Shown piece after piece: positions 1 through 8,948 of a DNA stretch of 21,620 bases. Source of the stretch: Candidatus Caldarchaeum sp. GTDB taxonomy: Archaea > Thermoproteota > Nitrososphaeria_A > Caldarchaeales > Caldarchaeaceae. The translations under genes and the position numbers were made by a program. The stretch lies in NCBI GenBank assembly GCA_038844785.1, contig JAWBRA010000026.1, forward strand, positions 1 through 21,620, in the 5' to 3' direction. Under the pieces are notes generated by a model. The model saw only the letters and a program-made list of their open reading frames with translations, did no database searches and was not told the origin of the DNA. How positions within the stretch are numbered: the first letter of the stretch is position 1; every line of letters starts with the position of its first letter.

Positions 1-126
1 TCTACAACAACATAAACTCAAAGACAGTAAAGAGTGTTGAGGAGATAGCAGCAGCAATAGCCCTAACACACAACACACTCATAAAAACCAAGACAGAAGG
101 AGGCGTATTACTTGGTTGACAGTACC
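1..126 (+). mobile_element. 3' end of an IS6-family-like insertion sequence (transposase C-terminus 3..119 plus right terminal inverted repeat ending at 126)
   Basis: Frame from base 3 is open to the window edge: YNNINSKTVKSVEEIAAAIALTHNTLIKTKTEGGVLLG*, resembling archaeal IS6-type transposase C-termini (recalled, not searched). The reverse complement of 114-126 is GGTACTGTCAACC, like IS6-family IRs (IS26 GGCACTGTTGCAAA). Confidence 0.6.
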
Positions 127-172
127 GGCTACCTCCTTCTCAAAACCTTTTAACCAGCGGCTGGAAGGCTTT

Positions 173-703
173 ATGGGCGTGATTAACGACAGCCTTTTGC
201 GCTGCATCCTGTCAAGGAGGGAGACACGTCTCTACGCTGACAAACCCGTACCCGAGGATGTGATGCTCAAAATTCTTGAGGCGGGCAGGCTTGCGGGAAG
301 CGCAAAGAACAGGCAGCCTTGGCAGTTCATACTCCTCCGCAGCCGGGAAAACCTGGAAGGCCTTTCACGTTTCGGAGATTTCGCAGCACATCTTGCTGAC
401 GCGGCGTTCGCAGTAGTCATCTTAGTCCCAGACGAATATAGGCAGGACAGGTTTGACGCTGGCAGGGCTGCTCAGAACATGATGCTGGCCGCGCATGCTC
501 TGGGGGTGGGCTCGTGTCCAATAACTCTCCACAACGAAGAGGGTGCGAAAAGGTTCCTCAACGTCCCGCCGGAGCTGAGCATCGTCGTGTGCATAGCCTT
601 TGGATACAGCGCCGAGGGAAGGCGGAAAGGAAAGGTTGCCCGGAAACGTCTTGAAGAGATTCTGCATCTTGAAAAGTATGGGAATAGGGCAGCCCTGTCA
701 TAG
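173..703 (+). CDS. Nitroreductase family protein (FMN-dependent)
   Basis: Motifs ILSRRETRLY, GRLAGSAKNRQPWQF and DAGRAAQNMMLAAHALGVGSC. Start moved from 116 to ATG 173 because of a TATA-like AAAACCTTTTAA at 142-153 and the IS end at 126. Confidence 0.92.
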   Translation: MGVINDSLLRCILSRRETRLYADKPVPEDVMLKILEAGRLAGSAKNRQPWQFILLRSRENLEGLSRFGDFAAHLADAAFAVVILVPDEYRQDRFDAGRAAQNMMLAAHALGVGSCPITLHNEEGAKRFLNVPPELSIVVCIAFGYSAEGRRKGKVARKRLEEILHLEKYGNRAALS

Positions 704-721
704 TTTTTGGCTCTGCGCACG

Positions 722-1087
722 TTAGCCAGGGCTTTTGACCGCTGCTTGGTCACCGTTGCCTTCAGACAGCCATTTAACGCTCCACCTACGAAGACCCTCC
801 AGCAAGGGTTTAAGCTCCTCACCCATAGGTGTCAGCGAGTAGGTTACAGCGAAGGGCTGGAAGCTGACGACGTTTCTCTTCACAAGTCCTCTGGACTGGA
901 GTGCTTTAAGCGTCCTCGAAAGGGTTTTTGAGTTGAGGCTTGGGATAAGCCTGAGAAGCTCGTTGAAGCCTTTCGGCCCCGTCGTCAGGTAGCTTATGAC
1001 GACGAGCGACCACATGCTTCCGAGGATTTTTGCAGCAGCCACCATGGGGCATATCTGCCTTTCTTCCTCATGTTTCATCTCCGTCAT
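722..1087 (-). CDS. HxlR/DUF24-family winged-helix transcriptional regulator
   Basis: ICPM..AAKILGSMWSLVVISYL, GPKGFNEL, KTLSRTLKAL...GLVKR, VTYSLTPMGEELKPLL. Has the N-terminal Cys of redox-sensing members. Start 1087 chosen from a minus-strand TTTTAA at 1114-1119. Confidence 0.9.
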   Translation of the reverse strand: MTEMKHEEERQICPMVAAAKILGSMWSLVVISYLTTGPKGFNELLRLIPSLNSKTLSRTLKALQSRGLVKRNVVSFQPFAVTYSLTPMGEELKPLLEGLRRWSVKWLSEGNGDQAAVKSPG

Positions 1088-1119
1088 CTGGTGGCGTCGA
1101 TGCCTCATACCAGTTAAAA

Positions 1120-1138
1120 TACTTGCCTTTCGCAACTA
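1120..1138. promoter_or_regulatory. Putative HxlR-family operator (TACTTGC-N5-GCAACTA) in the divergent hxlR/doxX promoter
   Basis: 7-5-7 inverted repeat with 6/7 match, directly adjacent to the AT-rich TATA at 1114-1121. Confidence 0.5.
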
Positions 1139-1158
1139 GATGGCGGAGAGATAGTAGA

Positions 1159-1635
1159 ATGGCGTTGTTGGATTTTGCCTCAAGCTACCAAGACGTTGGA
1201 CTGCTGTTGCTGAGGGTTTTTCTAGGTTTCATAATGGTTGTTCACGGAATGCCTAAGCTCGGGGGTCCGATGAGACAGCAGATGCGGGGCGGCATGGCTC
1301 AGTTTGGGATACCTCCGCTGTTGTTCGACCTTGTAGGGTTGCTGGAGTTTATTGGAGGAATAGCGTTGATATTAGGCGTGCTTACGAGGGTTGCGGCACT
1401 CCTCTTCGCTTTGGAGATGGTTGGCACGATAGTTCTCTACCTGTCAAAGCTGAGCACGTTCGTTCCGCCTCCGGAGATGCTGCAGCAGATGGTCGCCAGT
1501 TCTAGACGGTTTATGCGCGGCTTTATGGCAGGCGTCGGAGGCTGGGAGTTCGACCTTCTCATCCTCGGCACGGCGCTGCTTCTGCTGACAACGGGGGCTG
1601 GAGCGCTCTCTGTCGACCGGCTTCTAAACCTCTAA
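1159..1635 (+). CDS. DoxX family membrane protein
   Basis: GLLLLRVFLGFIMVVHGMPKL, LEFIGGIALILGVLTRVAA, GWEFDLL and GAGALSVD are DoxX hallmarks. ATG 1159 follows GGAGAG. Confidence 0.9.
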   Translation: MALLDFASSYQDVGLLLLRVFLGFIMVVHGMPKLGGPMRQQMRGGMAQFGIPPLLFDLVGLLEFIGGIALILGVLTRVAALLFALEMVGTIVLYLSKLSTFVPPPEMLQQMVASSRRFMRGFMAGVGGWEFDLLILGTALLLLTTGAGALSVDRLLNL

Positions 1636-1657
1636 ACCCTTTGCTGTAAACAATTGC

Positions 1658-1679
1658 ATGCATTTGTATACAAATGCAT
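1658..1679. promoter_or_regulatory. Perfect 22-bp palindrome upstream of the molybdoenzyme operon promoter
   Basis: ATGCATTTGTATACAAATGCAT is its own reverse complement and lies ~18 bp upstream of the TATA TTAAATAA (1698-1705). Confidence 0.55.
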
Positions 1680-1737
1680 ATTTTTGTAGACTCTCACTTA
1701 AATAAGTCTAAGGTTTTATGTAAATTTGTGAAATTGC

Positions 1738-4173
1738 ATGTCGAGCGTCAGCAGACGGGATTTCATCAAGGTGGCTGCTGCCACCGCCACAGCTGGCGCC
1801 GTCGGCTCGCTCGTTTCTGTTCCCCGTGAAACCCTGCTAAGTATTCAGTCAAACGTTCTGCAGGCCAGATCGACTTACCAGTTTGTCGAAGACAGCTGGG
1901 TTGCAAGCACGTGCTTACAATGTCCTGCAGGATGTGGGATAGCTGTAAGGGTTGTTGAGAATAGAGCTGTAAAAATCGAGGGCAACCCGCTTCACCCGAT
2001 CAACAGAGGCTCAATCTGCCCCAAAGCCCACTACGGCCTTCAAATACTCTACGACCCGGATAGAATCACAGGCCCTCTCGTCAGAGTTGGTGAGAGAGGT
2101 TCTCCAAGGTTTAGACAAGCCAGCTGGAGTGAAGTGCTTGACACAGTTGCTTCAAAGCTCTCTGACCTGCGTAAGGCGGGCATGCCTGAGAGGTTTTTGT
2201 GGCTTGACGGCAGAGTCCGAGGAAACATGGGAGACTTCATCTCGAGGTTCACCACTTCTTTCGGCACGCCTAACCGTATCGGACACAGCAGCATCTGCTC
2301 AGACGGCGCTGTGATAGCACACTATCTCACGCAGGGTGTCAAAAGCTACCTTGGCTACGACTGGCAGAACACCAACTACATCCTTCTCTTCGGAGCATCC
2401 TTCCTCGAGGCTTGGAGGCCGACTACACGGCTTTTGAGGAGCTACGGCCACATCAGGCGTGAAAGGCCTGTAAGAGCTAAGATTGTTGTCGCCGAGGTCA
2501 GATATTCAACAACCGCTGTTAAGGCTGATGAATGGCTGAGGATAAATCCGGGAACCGACGGCGCCCTAGCCCTCGGCATAGCACACGTGATAATCAGGGA
2601 TAAAATGTATGACAGGGAGTTCATCGAGAAATATACATATGGTTTCGAGGACTTCGCCGAGCTTGTCCTATCCAAGTACGGCGTGGAGTGGGCGGAGAAA
2701 GTTACAGGCTTGCCTGCTGAAACTATTGAGAGGGTAGCTCACGAGTTTGCATCAACAAAACCCGCCATCGCAGCAGGCCAAAGGGGAGCCATGATGCAGC
2801 CCAATGGCGTCTACGCCTACATGGCTATACATGCTTTGAACGCCTTGGTTGGGAGCATAGGCAGAAAGGGGGGAGTTATCGTACAAAAATCGCCGCCGTT
2901 CAAGCCATGGCCACCCCTCAGCCTAGATGAAATTGCCAAAACAGGTTTGGTGAAAACACGCGTAGACTATGCTGGAACTGAGAAATATCCGTTTGCGAAA
3001 AACGTCTACCAACAGGCAGCCGAATCTATTGTAGAAGGCAAACCTTACCCTGTCGAGGTCTTGATGACATACTACACAAACCCGGTTTTCTCATCTCCTA
3101 ACGTCAGAACGTGGGAGAGGGCTCTTGAGAAGATTCCGTTCATAGTTAGCACGTCTCCTTTCATGGATGAGACAACTGCCTACTACGCCGACGTCGTGTT
3201 GCCCGACCACACTTATCTCGAACGTTTCATGGACGATGTAATATACCCCAGCCTCGGCTACCCTGTCGCATCAATCCGCCAGCCAGCGGTCAAACCTCTC
3301 TACAACACAGCTAACACAGGGGACGTGATAATACAGCTGGCGAGGAGGATTGGAGGCGTCGTCTCAGAAGCTTTTCCATGGCAATCGTTTGAAGAAGCCA
3401 TCAAATACAGGTGGACAGGCATCTGGGAGAGTCGCAGGGGAAAGGTTGGACCGTTACCACTTTCTCGGCTGAACAGCTTTGAGGAGTTCTGGGCGAACGT
3501 GCTTAAGTATGGTTTCTGGGCCGACCCGCCATATGTCTTCGAAGACTACAAACACGAGCTGCAGACAAAGACCGGTAGGTTTGAGTTCCACTCAAAGACC
3601 CTGGAGGAGAAGCTCAACACCTTAGCCGAGAAGAAAGCCAAGGAGAGAGGCATAGATTTTGACCTAGCTTATGAAGAGCTTCTGAACAGCCTCAACATCA
3701 AGGCACGGGGTCCTGAGGTGTTTCTACCCCATTATGAAGAGCCTGAGTTCGTCGGAGACCCGTCACAGTACCCGTTCATCCTCGCAACCTACAAGTCGAT
3801 AATGCATGCGGAGGGCAGGGGAACGAACTCGCCATGGGCTTTGGCGAGCTTCGGACCTCTCGCCAGAATGGGTTGGCGTAACTGGGTTGAGATACATCCT
3901 GAGACTGCGGCGAGGCTGGGGGTGAGGGATGGTGAATGGGTTGCTGTGGAGTCGCCTGCAGGACGTTTGGTGGCAGTCGCCAAGATTCACCCCACCTCAA
4001 ACCCTAACGTGGTGGTCATGCCCTTCGGCATAGGAAGAACAGCTTATGGGAGGTTTGCGTCGAAGACAGGCACAAACGTCAACACCATTCTCATCGAGAG
4101 GCGTGAGAGGCTTTCAGGCTCAGCCGGGTTCACTTCAACACGTGTGAAAATAGTGAAGCTGGGTGGTGTGTGA
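1738..4173 (+). CDS. Tat-exported molybdopterin oxidoreductase catalytic subunit (DMSO reductase family; ArrA/ArxA/PsrA-like)
   Basis: Tat motif SRRDFIK; [4Fe-4S] motif CLQCPAGC...C; putative Mo-ligand Cys in IGHSSICSDG; PGTDGALAL; ADVVLPD; C-terminal molybdopterin-dinucleotide domain (VEIHPETAARLGV). Confidence 0.92.
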   Translation: MSSVSRRDFIKVAAATATAGAVGSLVSVPRETLLSIQSNVLQARSTYQFVEDSWVASTCLQCPAGCGIAVRVVENRAVKIEGNPLHPINRGSICPKAHYGLQILYDPDRITGPLVRVGERGSPRFRQASWSEVLDTVASKLSDLRKAGMPERFLWLDGRVRGNMGDFISRFTTSFGTPNRIGHSSICSDGAVIAHYLTQGVKSYLGYDWQNTNYILLFGASFLEAWRPTTRLLRSYGHIRRERPVRAKIVVAEVRYSTTAVKADEWLRINPGTDGALALGIAHVIIRDKMYDREFIEKYTYGFEDFAELVLSKYGVEWAEKVTGLPAETIERVAHEFASTKPAIAAGQRGAMMQPNGVYAYMAIHALNALVGSIGRKGGVIVQKSPPFKPWPPLSLDEIAKTGLVKTRVDYAGTEKYPFAKNVYQQAAESIVEGKPYPVEVLMTYYTNPVFSSPNVRTWERALEKIPFIVSTSPFMDETTAYYADVVLPDHTYLERFMDDVIYPSLGYPVASIRQPAVKPLYNTANTGDVIIQLARRIGGVVSEAFPWQSFEEAIKYRWTGIWESRRGKVGPLPLSRLNSFEEFWANVLKYGFWADPPYVFEDYKHELQTKTGRFEFHSKTLEEKLNTLAEKKAKERGIDFDLAYEELLNSLNIKARGPEVFLPHYEEPEFVGDPSQYPFILATYKSIMHAEGRGTNSPWALASFGPLARMGWRNWVEIHPETAARLGVRDGEWVAVESPAGRLVAVAKIHPTSNPNVVVMPFGIGRTAYGRFASKTGTNVNTILIERRERLSGSAGFTSTRVKIVKLGGV

Positions 4174-4988
4174 TGGTAAGGTGGGGAATGGTTATAGATT
4201 TGGACAAATGCACTGCCTGCCAGGCCTGTGTCGTAGCATGCAAGGCTGAGAACAACGTTCCCATCGGCAGCGAAGCCGAACAGCAGGCAGGCCGTCAGAT
4301 TGCTTGGATGGACCTCGTCATCAAAAACCATGACGGAAAGATGATGGTTTTACCACGGCCCTGCATGCACTGCGACAACCCGCCATGCGTCCAAGTATGC
4401 CCGGTCGGAGCCACTTTCCAAAGGGAAGACGGAATAGTCGACCAAGACTATAACAGATGCATCGGCTGCAGGCTCTGCATGGTCGCATGTCCCTACGGCG
4501 TCAGATACTTCAACTGGCGTGAGCCATCCTGGCCGGACACCTATCTAGATTATCTCAACCCAACAGTTCCTGTAAGGCCTGCGGGCGTTGTGGAGAAATG
4601 TACGTTCTGCGTCCACAGGATTATTCGTTTAAGGAGGGATATTGAGGCTGGAACGTTTCCAGCCGCATTGGCCAAAGCGGTTAAAGATGGTTTGACCACG
4701 GATGAGAAAGTGGGCAAAGCAGTCGACATGTTGATGCGCAGGCTTATCATGAAGGATGACGAAGTAAGCGAGGCGGAGCCTGAGGAGAGGTGGAGCGACT
4801 TTGACTTCAGAGAACTCAACTACCTGCCTTCATGTGTGAGAAGCTGCACGGGCAGGGCGTTGGTCTTCGGCGACTTGGACGATCCTGAGAGCGTTGTCTC
4901 GCAGCTTGCTGAGAGCAAGAGGGCGTTCAGATTGTTCGAGGAGCTGGGCACTAACCCGAAGGTGATATATCTGCAGGAGGGGGTTTAG
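4173..4988 (+). CDS. 4Fe-4S dicluster electron-transfer subunit (NrfC/DmsB/ArrB-like)
   Basis: Four Cys groups: CTACQACVVAC, CMHCDNPPCVQVCP, CIGCRLCMVACP and CTFC...C..SC. Start overlaps the upstream stop (GTG 4170 or ATG 4173). Confidence 0.93.
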   Translation: MVRWGMVIDLDKCTACQACVVACKAENNVPIGSEAEQQAGRQIAWMDLVIKNHDGKMMVLPRPCMHCDNPPCVQVCPVGATFQREDGIVDQDYNRCIGCRLCMVACPYGVRYFNWREPSWPDTYLDYLNPTVPVRPAGVVEKCTFCVHRIIRLRRDIEAGTFPAALAKAVKDGLTTDEKVGKAVDMLMRRLIMKDDEVSEAEPEERWSDFDFRELNYLPSCVRSCTGRALVFGDLDDPESVVSQLAESKRAFRLFEELGTNPKVIYLQEGV

Positions 4989-6533
4989 ATGGCCTCGGAG
5001 GTCGAAAAATACTATAGGCCAGGTTCGTTCAGCAGACCTGCCTACGCAACCCTCGGCGTTCTGCTCGTCATCATCGGCTTAGCCATTTACGCTTGGCTCC
5101 AGCAGCTGACTCAAGGGCTTGGAGTCACAGGGCTTAACAGGCCAGTGGCCTGGGGCATCTACATGGCCAACTTCGTCTTCTTCATCAGCATCAGCATGTC
5201 TGGAACCTTCATCTCTTCCATCATGAGGTTGCTGAACTTTGAGTGGGGTAAGCCGGTTACGAGGATTGCTGAGGTCATAACCGTCGGAAGCCTCGTCATA
5301 GCCGCTCTCAACATCTTGTTCGACGTCGGCCAGCTGTTCCGCGCCCTCACCTACATACCCTTGTTCGGAAGAATACAGTCGCCGGTCGCCTGGGACGTCA
5401 TAGTGCTGCTGTTCTACCTCCTCACAGGCCTCGGCTACCTCCACGTCGCCCTTATACCCGACGTCGCCGTGATGTCGGAGAACGAAAGCCGTTTCCAGCG
5501 GCTCTACAAGCTGTTACGCTACGACTGGAAAGGCGGCAAAGACCAGCTCCACCTGCTTGAGTCGGGTCTCAAAATCCTCGCACTAGTCACGGTCCCCATA
5601 GCTGTGATGATGCACACGGTTACCGGATGGATTTTCGGCGGCATGAAGGCTGTGCCGACTTGGAACGATGCGATGATGGGACCATACTTCATCATAGGAG
5701 CGTTGCTGTCAGGCCTATCGCTGGTGATAATTGTTTCAGCGATTGTTAGATGGCGTTTTGGCTTAAGCGGGGTAATGCCGGACAAAACGTTCGTAAACCT
5801 CGGCAACATGCTTTTGGTTTTCTTGCTAGGATATCTTTACTTCTTCCTCGCTGAGACTTTCACGATCAGGTATGCAGCCGCCTCCGAAGATTTCATGGTT
5901 TCGGAGTTTTCGTGGACAGGCCCGTACAGCCCGCTCACATGGTATGTGCTCGCCTCCCTCGTTCTCGCCAGCGTCGTCCTCCTTATACCGAGGCTGAAAA
6001 CCTTCAAAACTGTTGTGGCGATGGCTGCTGTAACGCTTCCCGCTATGTGGGTTAAGAGGGTGTTGATAGTTCTGCCCGGCTTGATGAACTACATGAGGCT
6101 TCCAACCGTGCAGTCAGCCATTCCCCAATACACACCGACCTATGTGGAGCTTCTGCTCACCGCAGGCTCTTTCGCAGGGCTTGCGTTAATCCTCCTGCTG
6201 TTTGCAAAACTTTTCCCAGTCTTCCCTGTCTGGGAGGTTTTCGGAATGCAGAAGACAAAAACTGAGCCAGGTTCCAGCATCTCGCTCCGAGCTGTTCTGA
6301 CAGGCTGGATGTCTGGAATCTCTGTTTCATCGGCATACGTGTTTGCATGGGCTGTTTCAACCATCGTGTTCGCTGGGGAAAGCTCTGCAACAGCCTACTC
6401 TGTCAAACTCACACCAACAACGGTACAAGTGATGACGATACCGTCGCTCGCCACGACAGCTATGTTCAACCTGCTGATAATGGTGGCTTTAGCCGGCGTT
6501 CTGGCGATACTGTTCGTCAGAAAACAAAGATAG
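4989..6533 (+). CDS. NrfD/PsrC-family membrane anchor (quinol oxidoreductase subunit)
   Basis: GLGVTGLNRPVAWGIYMANFVFF, TRIAE, DVGQ, SPVAWD, MHTVTGWIF, YTPTYVE and KLFPVFPVWE; many transmembrane segments; third gene of the operon. Confidence 0.9.
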   Translation: MASEVEKYYRPGSFSRPAYATLGVLLVIIGLAIYAWLQQLTQGLGVTGLNRPVAWGIYMANFVFFISISMSGTFISSIMRLLNFEWGKPVTRIAEVITVGSLVIAALNILFDVGQLFRALTYIPLFGRIQSPVAWDVIVLLFYLLTGLGYLHVALIPDVAVMSENESRFQRLYKLLRYDWKGGKDQLHLLESGLKILALVTVPIAVMMHTVTGWIFGGMKAVPTWNDAMMGPYFIIGALLSGLSLVIIVSAIVRWRFGLSGVMPDKTFVNLGNMLLVFLLGYLYFFLAETFTIRYAAASEDFMVSEFSWTGPYSPLTWYVLASLVLASVVLLIPRLKTFKTVVAMAAVTLPAMWVKRVLIVLPGLMNYMRLPTVQSAIPQYTPTYVELLLTAGSFAGLALILLLFAKLFPVFPVWEVFGMQKTKTEPGSSISLRAVLTGWMSGISVSSAYVFAWAVSTIVFAGESSATAYSVKLTPTTVQVMTIPSLATTAMFNLLIMVALAGVLAILFVRKQR

Positions 6534-8288
6534 CTATTCAGCCTCTATCTTCTTCAGCTGACGCTTATACATCTCAACTATCTCTTCGGAAGTCGTGGCG
6601 TCCTCGGGCTTCTTGTCATCCCTAAGCCTGCCGGTGTACCGTGGAAACCTTATGCCTAGACCATAACCCTCTTTCAACACATCACGAGCGCATGTGTGAA
6701 CAGGGCTGAGGGTAACCTCCGCGCCTATTATCTCCAAGACAACCCGCGGCTCCACCCAGATGTCCGGCTGCATGAGCGAGTCGACGCGGGCGCTTTTATG
6801 AGGTATCTTGAGCTTGTTGAGCGTTTCGGTGAACCTTTCCAAGTCTTCGTCCTTGAAGCCTGAGCCGACCTTGCAGGCTGTTTGGAAAACGTCTCTTCCC
6901 GGGTCGTAGGCGGCCATCAACAAGGCTCCGAAACGGCCTTTCCTCCTCCCCTTCCCGTGGAAAGCACCAACGACCACCAAGTCGACGGTGTCTATCATCT
7001 CGCTGCGGTAGTCGCGTTTGAACTTAATCCACTGCCATCCACGGGCTCCAGCCCTGTAGACGCTGTCTTCCGCGACAGACTTGACGATAACCCCTTCGCA
7101 CCCGTTCTCTACGGCTTCGGCGAATATCTTCTCAATCTCGTCTGGCGAGTCAGCCAGCAAGCCTTTACTCAGCTTTATCCTCTCATCTTCTTCGACAATC
7201 TTCTCGAGCGTCTTCCTTCTCTCTAGGAAGGTTTTCGTGGTGAGGTCTTCGCCGTCTAGGTAGAGTATGTCGAAGAAGTAGAGGGCCACCGGATATTCTT
7301 CAACGGCTTTCTCTATCTCCTTCTTTCTCTTGCGGTGCATGAGCTCTTGGAAGGGCAGCATCTCCCCTGTCTCAGGGTCGAGCGGAACCGCCTCGCACTC
7401 TAGAATAGCTTCCCCCGCTTTCACATACGACCTAACCATTTCGACAACATCTGGATACTGGTGGGTTATGTTCTCCTGCCTGCGCGAGAAGATCCACACG
7501 TTTCCACCTGCCTTATGTATCTGCATCCTTTCACCGTCATACTTGTATTCAGCAAACCCGTTTCCATCCATTTTCTCAAGGATCTCCTCGGCTGATGAAA
7601 GCCTCTCGGCCAGCATGCATCTGACTGGAATGCCTACCCTTACGCTAAAGCGGGCGACTCCCGCCACCCCTTCCTTGGCCGCTGTCTTGGCTACAAGCCC
7701 TATGTCGGAGCTTAGGTTGTAGGCCCTCTCGTAAACAGCTCTGTCGCCGCCGAAAGCCTTGGCCAAAGCGTCGAGCACCGTCATGTCAGCAACCCCGAGC
7801 CTCATGTTGCCCGTCACAATCCGCAGAATGTGCTTGGCCTCGAGAGGCGTCGCCTGCGACAACAGACCCGACAAGATAGCTGTCTTGACGTCAACCGCGC
7901 CTGGACCGGTAGACTTTGCAATTTTTTCAAGAGAGCTGTAAACATCCTCTACGGTGAGTTCTTGGGCGAAGAGCGTCATCTGCTCCTTGTTCCTGAGTAA
8001 AAGCATGGCGACCGTTCCCGCATCACCGTGGCGTGAGAGAAGCTCGTTCACCGTCTTCTCATCCGCTCCCGAAACCTGTCGCACAGCCTTCAAAGCAAGC
8101 TTCTCCGCAACACCAAGCTCAACCCCTCTGTACGCAGGATAAAGCTCGCCCAAAGTCATGTAAACAACCTTGTCGATAACGTCGGCCGGGGTTTTCGAAA
8201 GAAGCTCTGCGAGAATGTCAGTCATCTCAAGCCGTTTAGTCGTCGCCTCAAGCCTTTCATAGTAGTCGACGAGTTCGCGGAAAAGCAT
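6534..8288 (-). CDS. lig: ATP-dependent DNA ligase
   Basis: Adenylation motif EYKYDGER, EGVIVK, WIKFKRDY, DLVVVGA, GIRFPR; 584 aa, typical archaeal ligase. Confidence 0.97.
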   Translation of the reverse strand: MLFRELVDYYERLEATTKRLEMTDILAELLSKTPADVIDKVVYMTLGELYPAYRGVELGVAEKLALKAVRQVSGADEKTVNELLSRHGDAGTVAMLLLRNKEQMTLFAQELTVEDVYSSLEKIAKSTGPGAVDVKTAILSGLLSQATPLEAKHILRIVTGNMRLGVADMTVLDALAKAFGGDRAVYERAYNLSSDIGLVAKTAAKEGVAGVARFSVRVGIPVRCMLAERLSSAEEILEKMDGNGFAEYKYDGERMQIHKAGGNVWIFSRRQENITHQYPDVVEMVRSYVKAGEAILECEAVPLDPETGEMLPFQELMHRKRKKEIEKAVEEYPVALYFFDILYLDGEDLTTKTFLERRKTLEKIVEEDERIKLSKGLLADSPDEIEKIFAEAVENGCEGVIVKSVAEDSVYRAGARGWQWIKFKRDYRSEMIDTVDLVVVGAFHGKGRRKGRFGALLMAAYDPGRDVFQTACKVGSGFKDEDLERFTETLNKLKIPHKSARVDSLMQPDIWVEPRVVLEIIGAEVTLSPVHTCARDVLKEGYGLGIRFPRYTGRLRDDKKPEDATTSEEIVEMYKRQLKKIEAE

Positions 8289-8409
8289 CCTACAAAACCA
8301 GCCCGACGGTTAGATAAATATGTGACTTACCTTTTTGCTGACCTGTTTTGTCTATGAATTGGTTTTTAGGTCTTCTCAGACGGAGATTGTGTGGTTGGCT
8401 GTTCTGAGC

Positions 8410-8781
8410 TTTCCCATCGCTTTCATACTTCTTTCTGAGGATGCTGAGCTTGTCGTCTTCGGCGACGACGATACCCTGCTTTAATGCGTCAGCTATCGCA
8501 GCGTTTCCCAACTCAATCATCTTCAACGCTTCATCTAGATTGTATAGATGTGGTTCGTTGGCCGCGGTATGCCCTCACTCATCTCCAGCAGTCTTCTAAG
8601 CCTCCCAAGGTAGGGTTCAAGAAGAACCCTCACGCGATGCCCCCATGGAGCCTGATTGACCGAGTAAAGAAGGGCCTTTACCGCCTTTTCAGCTGCCTGC
8701 TGTCCATAGAAGCAGGACGCTTTGCTGTGCAGTCTCCAGACCCTATTCCTCCTCTGAAAGCCATCTATCCGCCTCCTTCAT
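8410..8781 (-). pseudogene. Degraded HEPN-MNT toxin-antitoxin locus (HEPN N-terminal half fused by deletion to an MNT-like C-terminal half)
   Basis: From ATG 8781: MKEADRWLSEEE* (TAG 8743-8745), a frameshift, then SCFYGQQAAEKAVKALLYSVNQAPWGH (HEPN signature), then PYLGRLRRLLEMSEGIP, a frameshift, and NEPHLYNLDEALKMIELGNAAIADALKQGIVV (like archaeal MNT C-termini). Confidence 0.65.
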
Positions 8782-8948
8782 TGCAAGCCTATCGTGTGAA
8801 GCGTGCGACGGAGTAGCTTCCCGGATATTTGCCGTGTGTGCCGGGTAGCGTGTTGATGCATGGGTTCTTTTTTATGAATTTTTCCGGAAATGTGTCGAAT
8901 GATGACGTGAAGGCATGTTTATATGGTCCACGGGGGACGTGTTTTCTA

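Noticed and set aside
8290-8816. ORFs 8290-8526(-) and 8484-8816(+) as real genes
   Set aside because: Explained as a fragment and an antisense shadow of the HEPN-MNT pseudogene.
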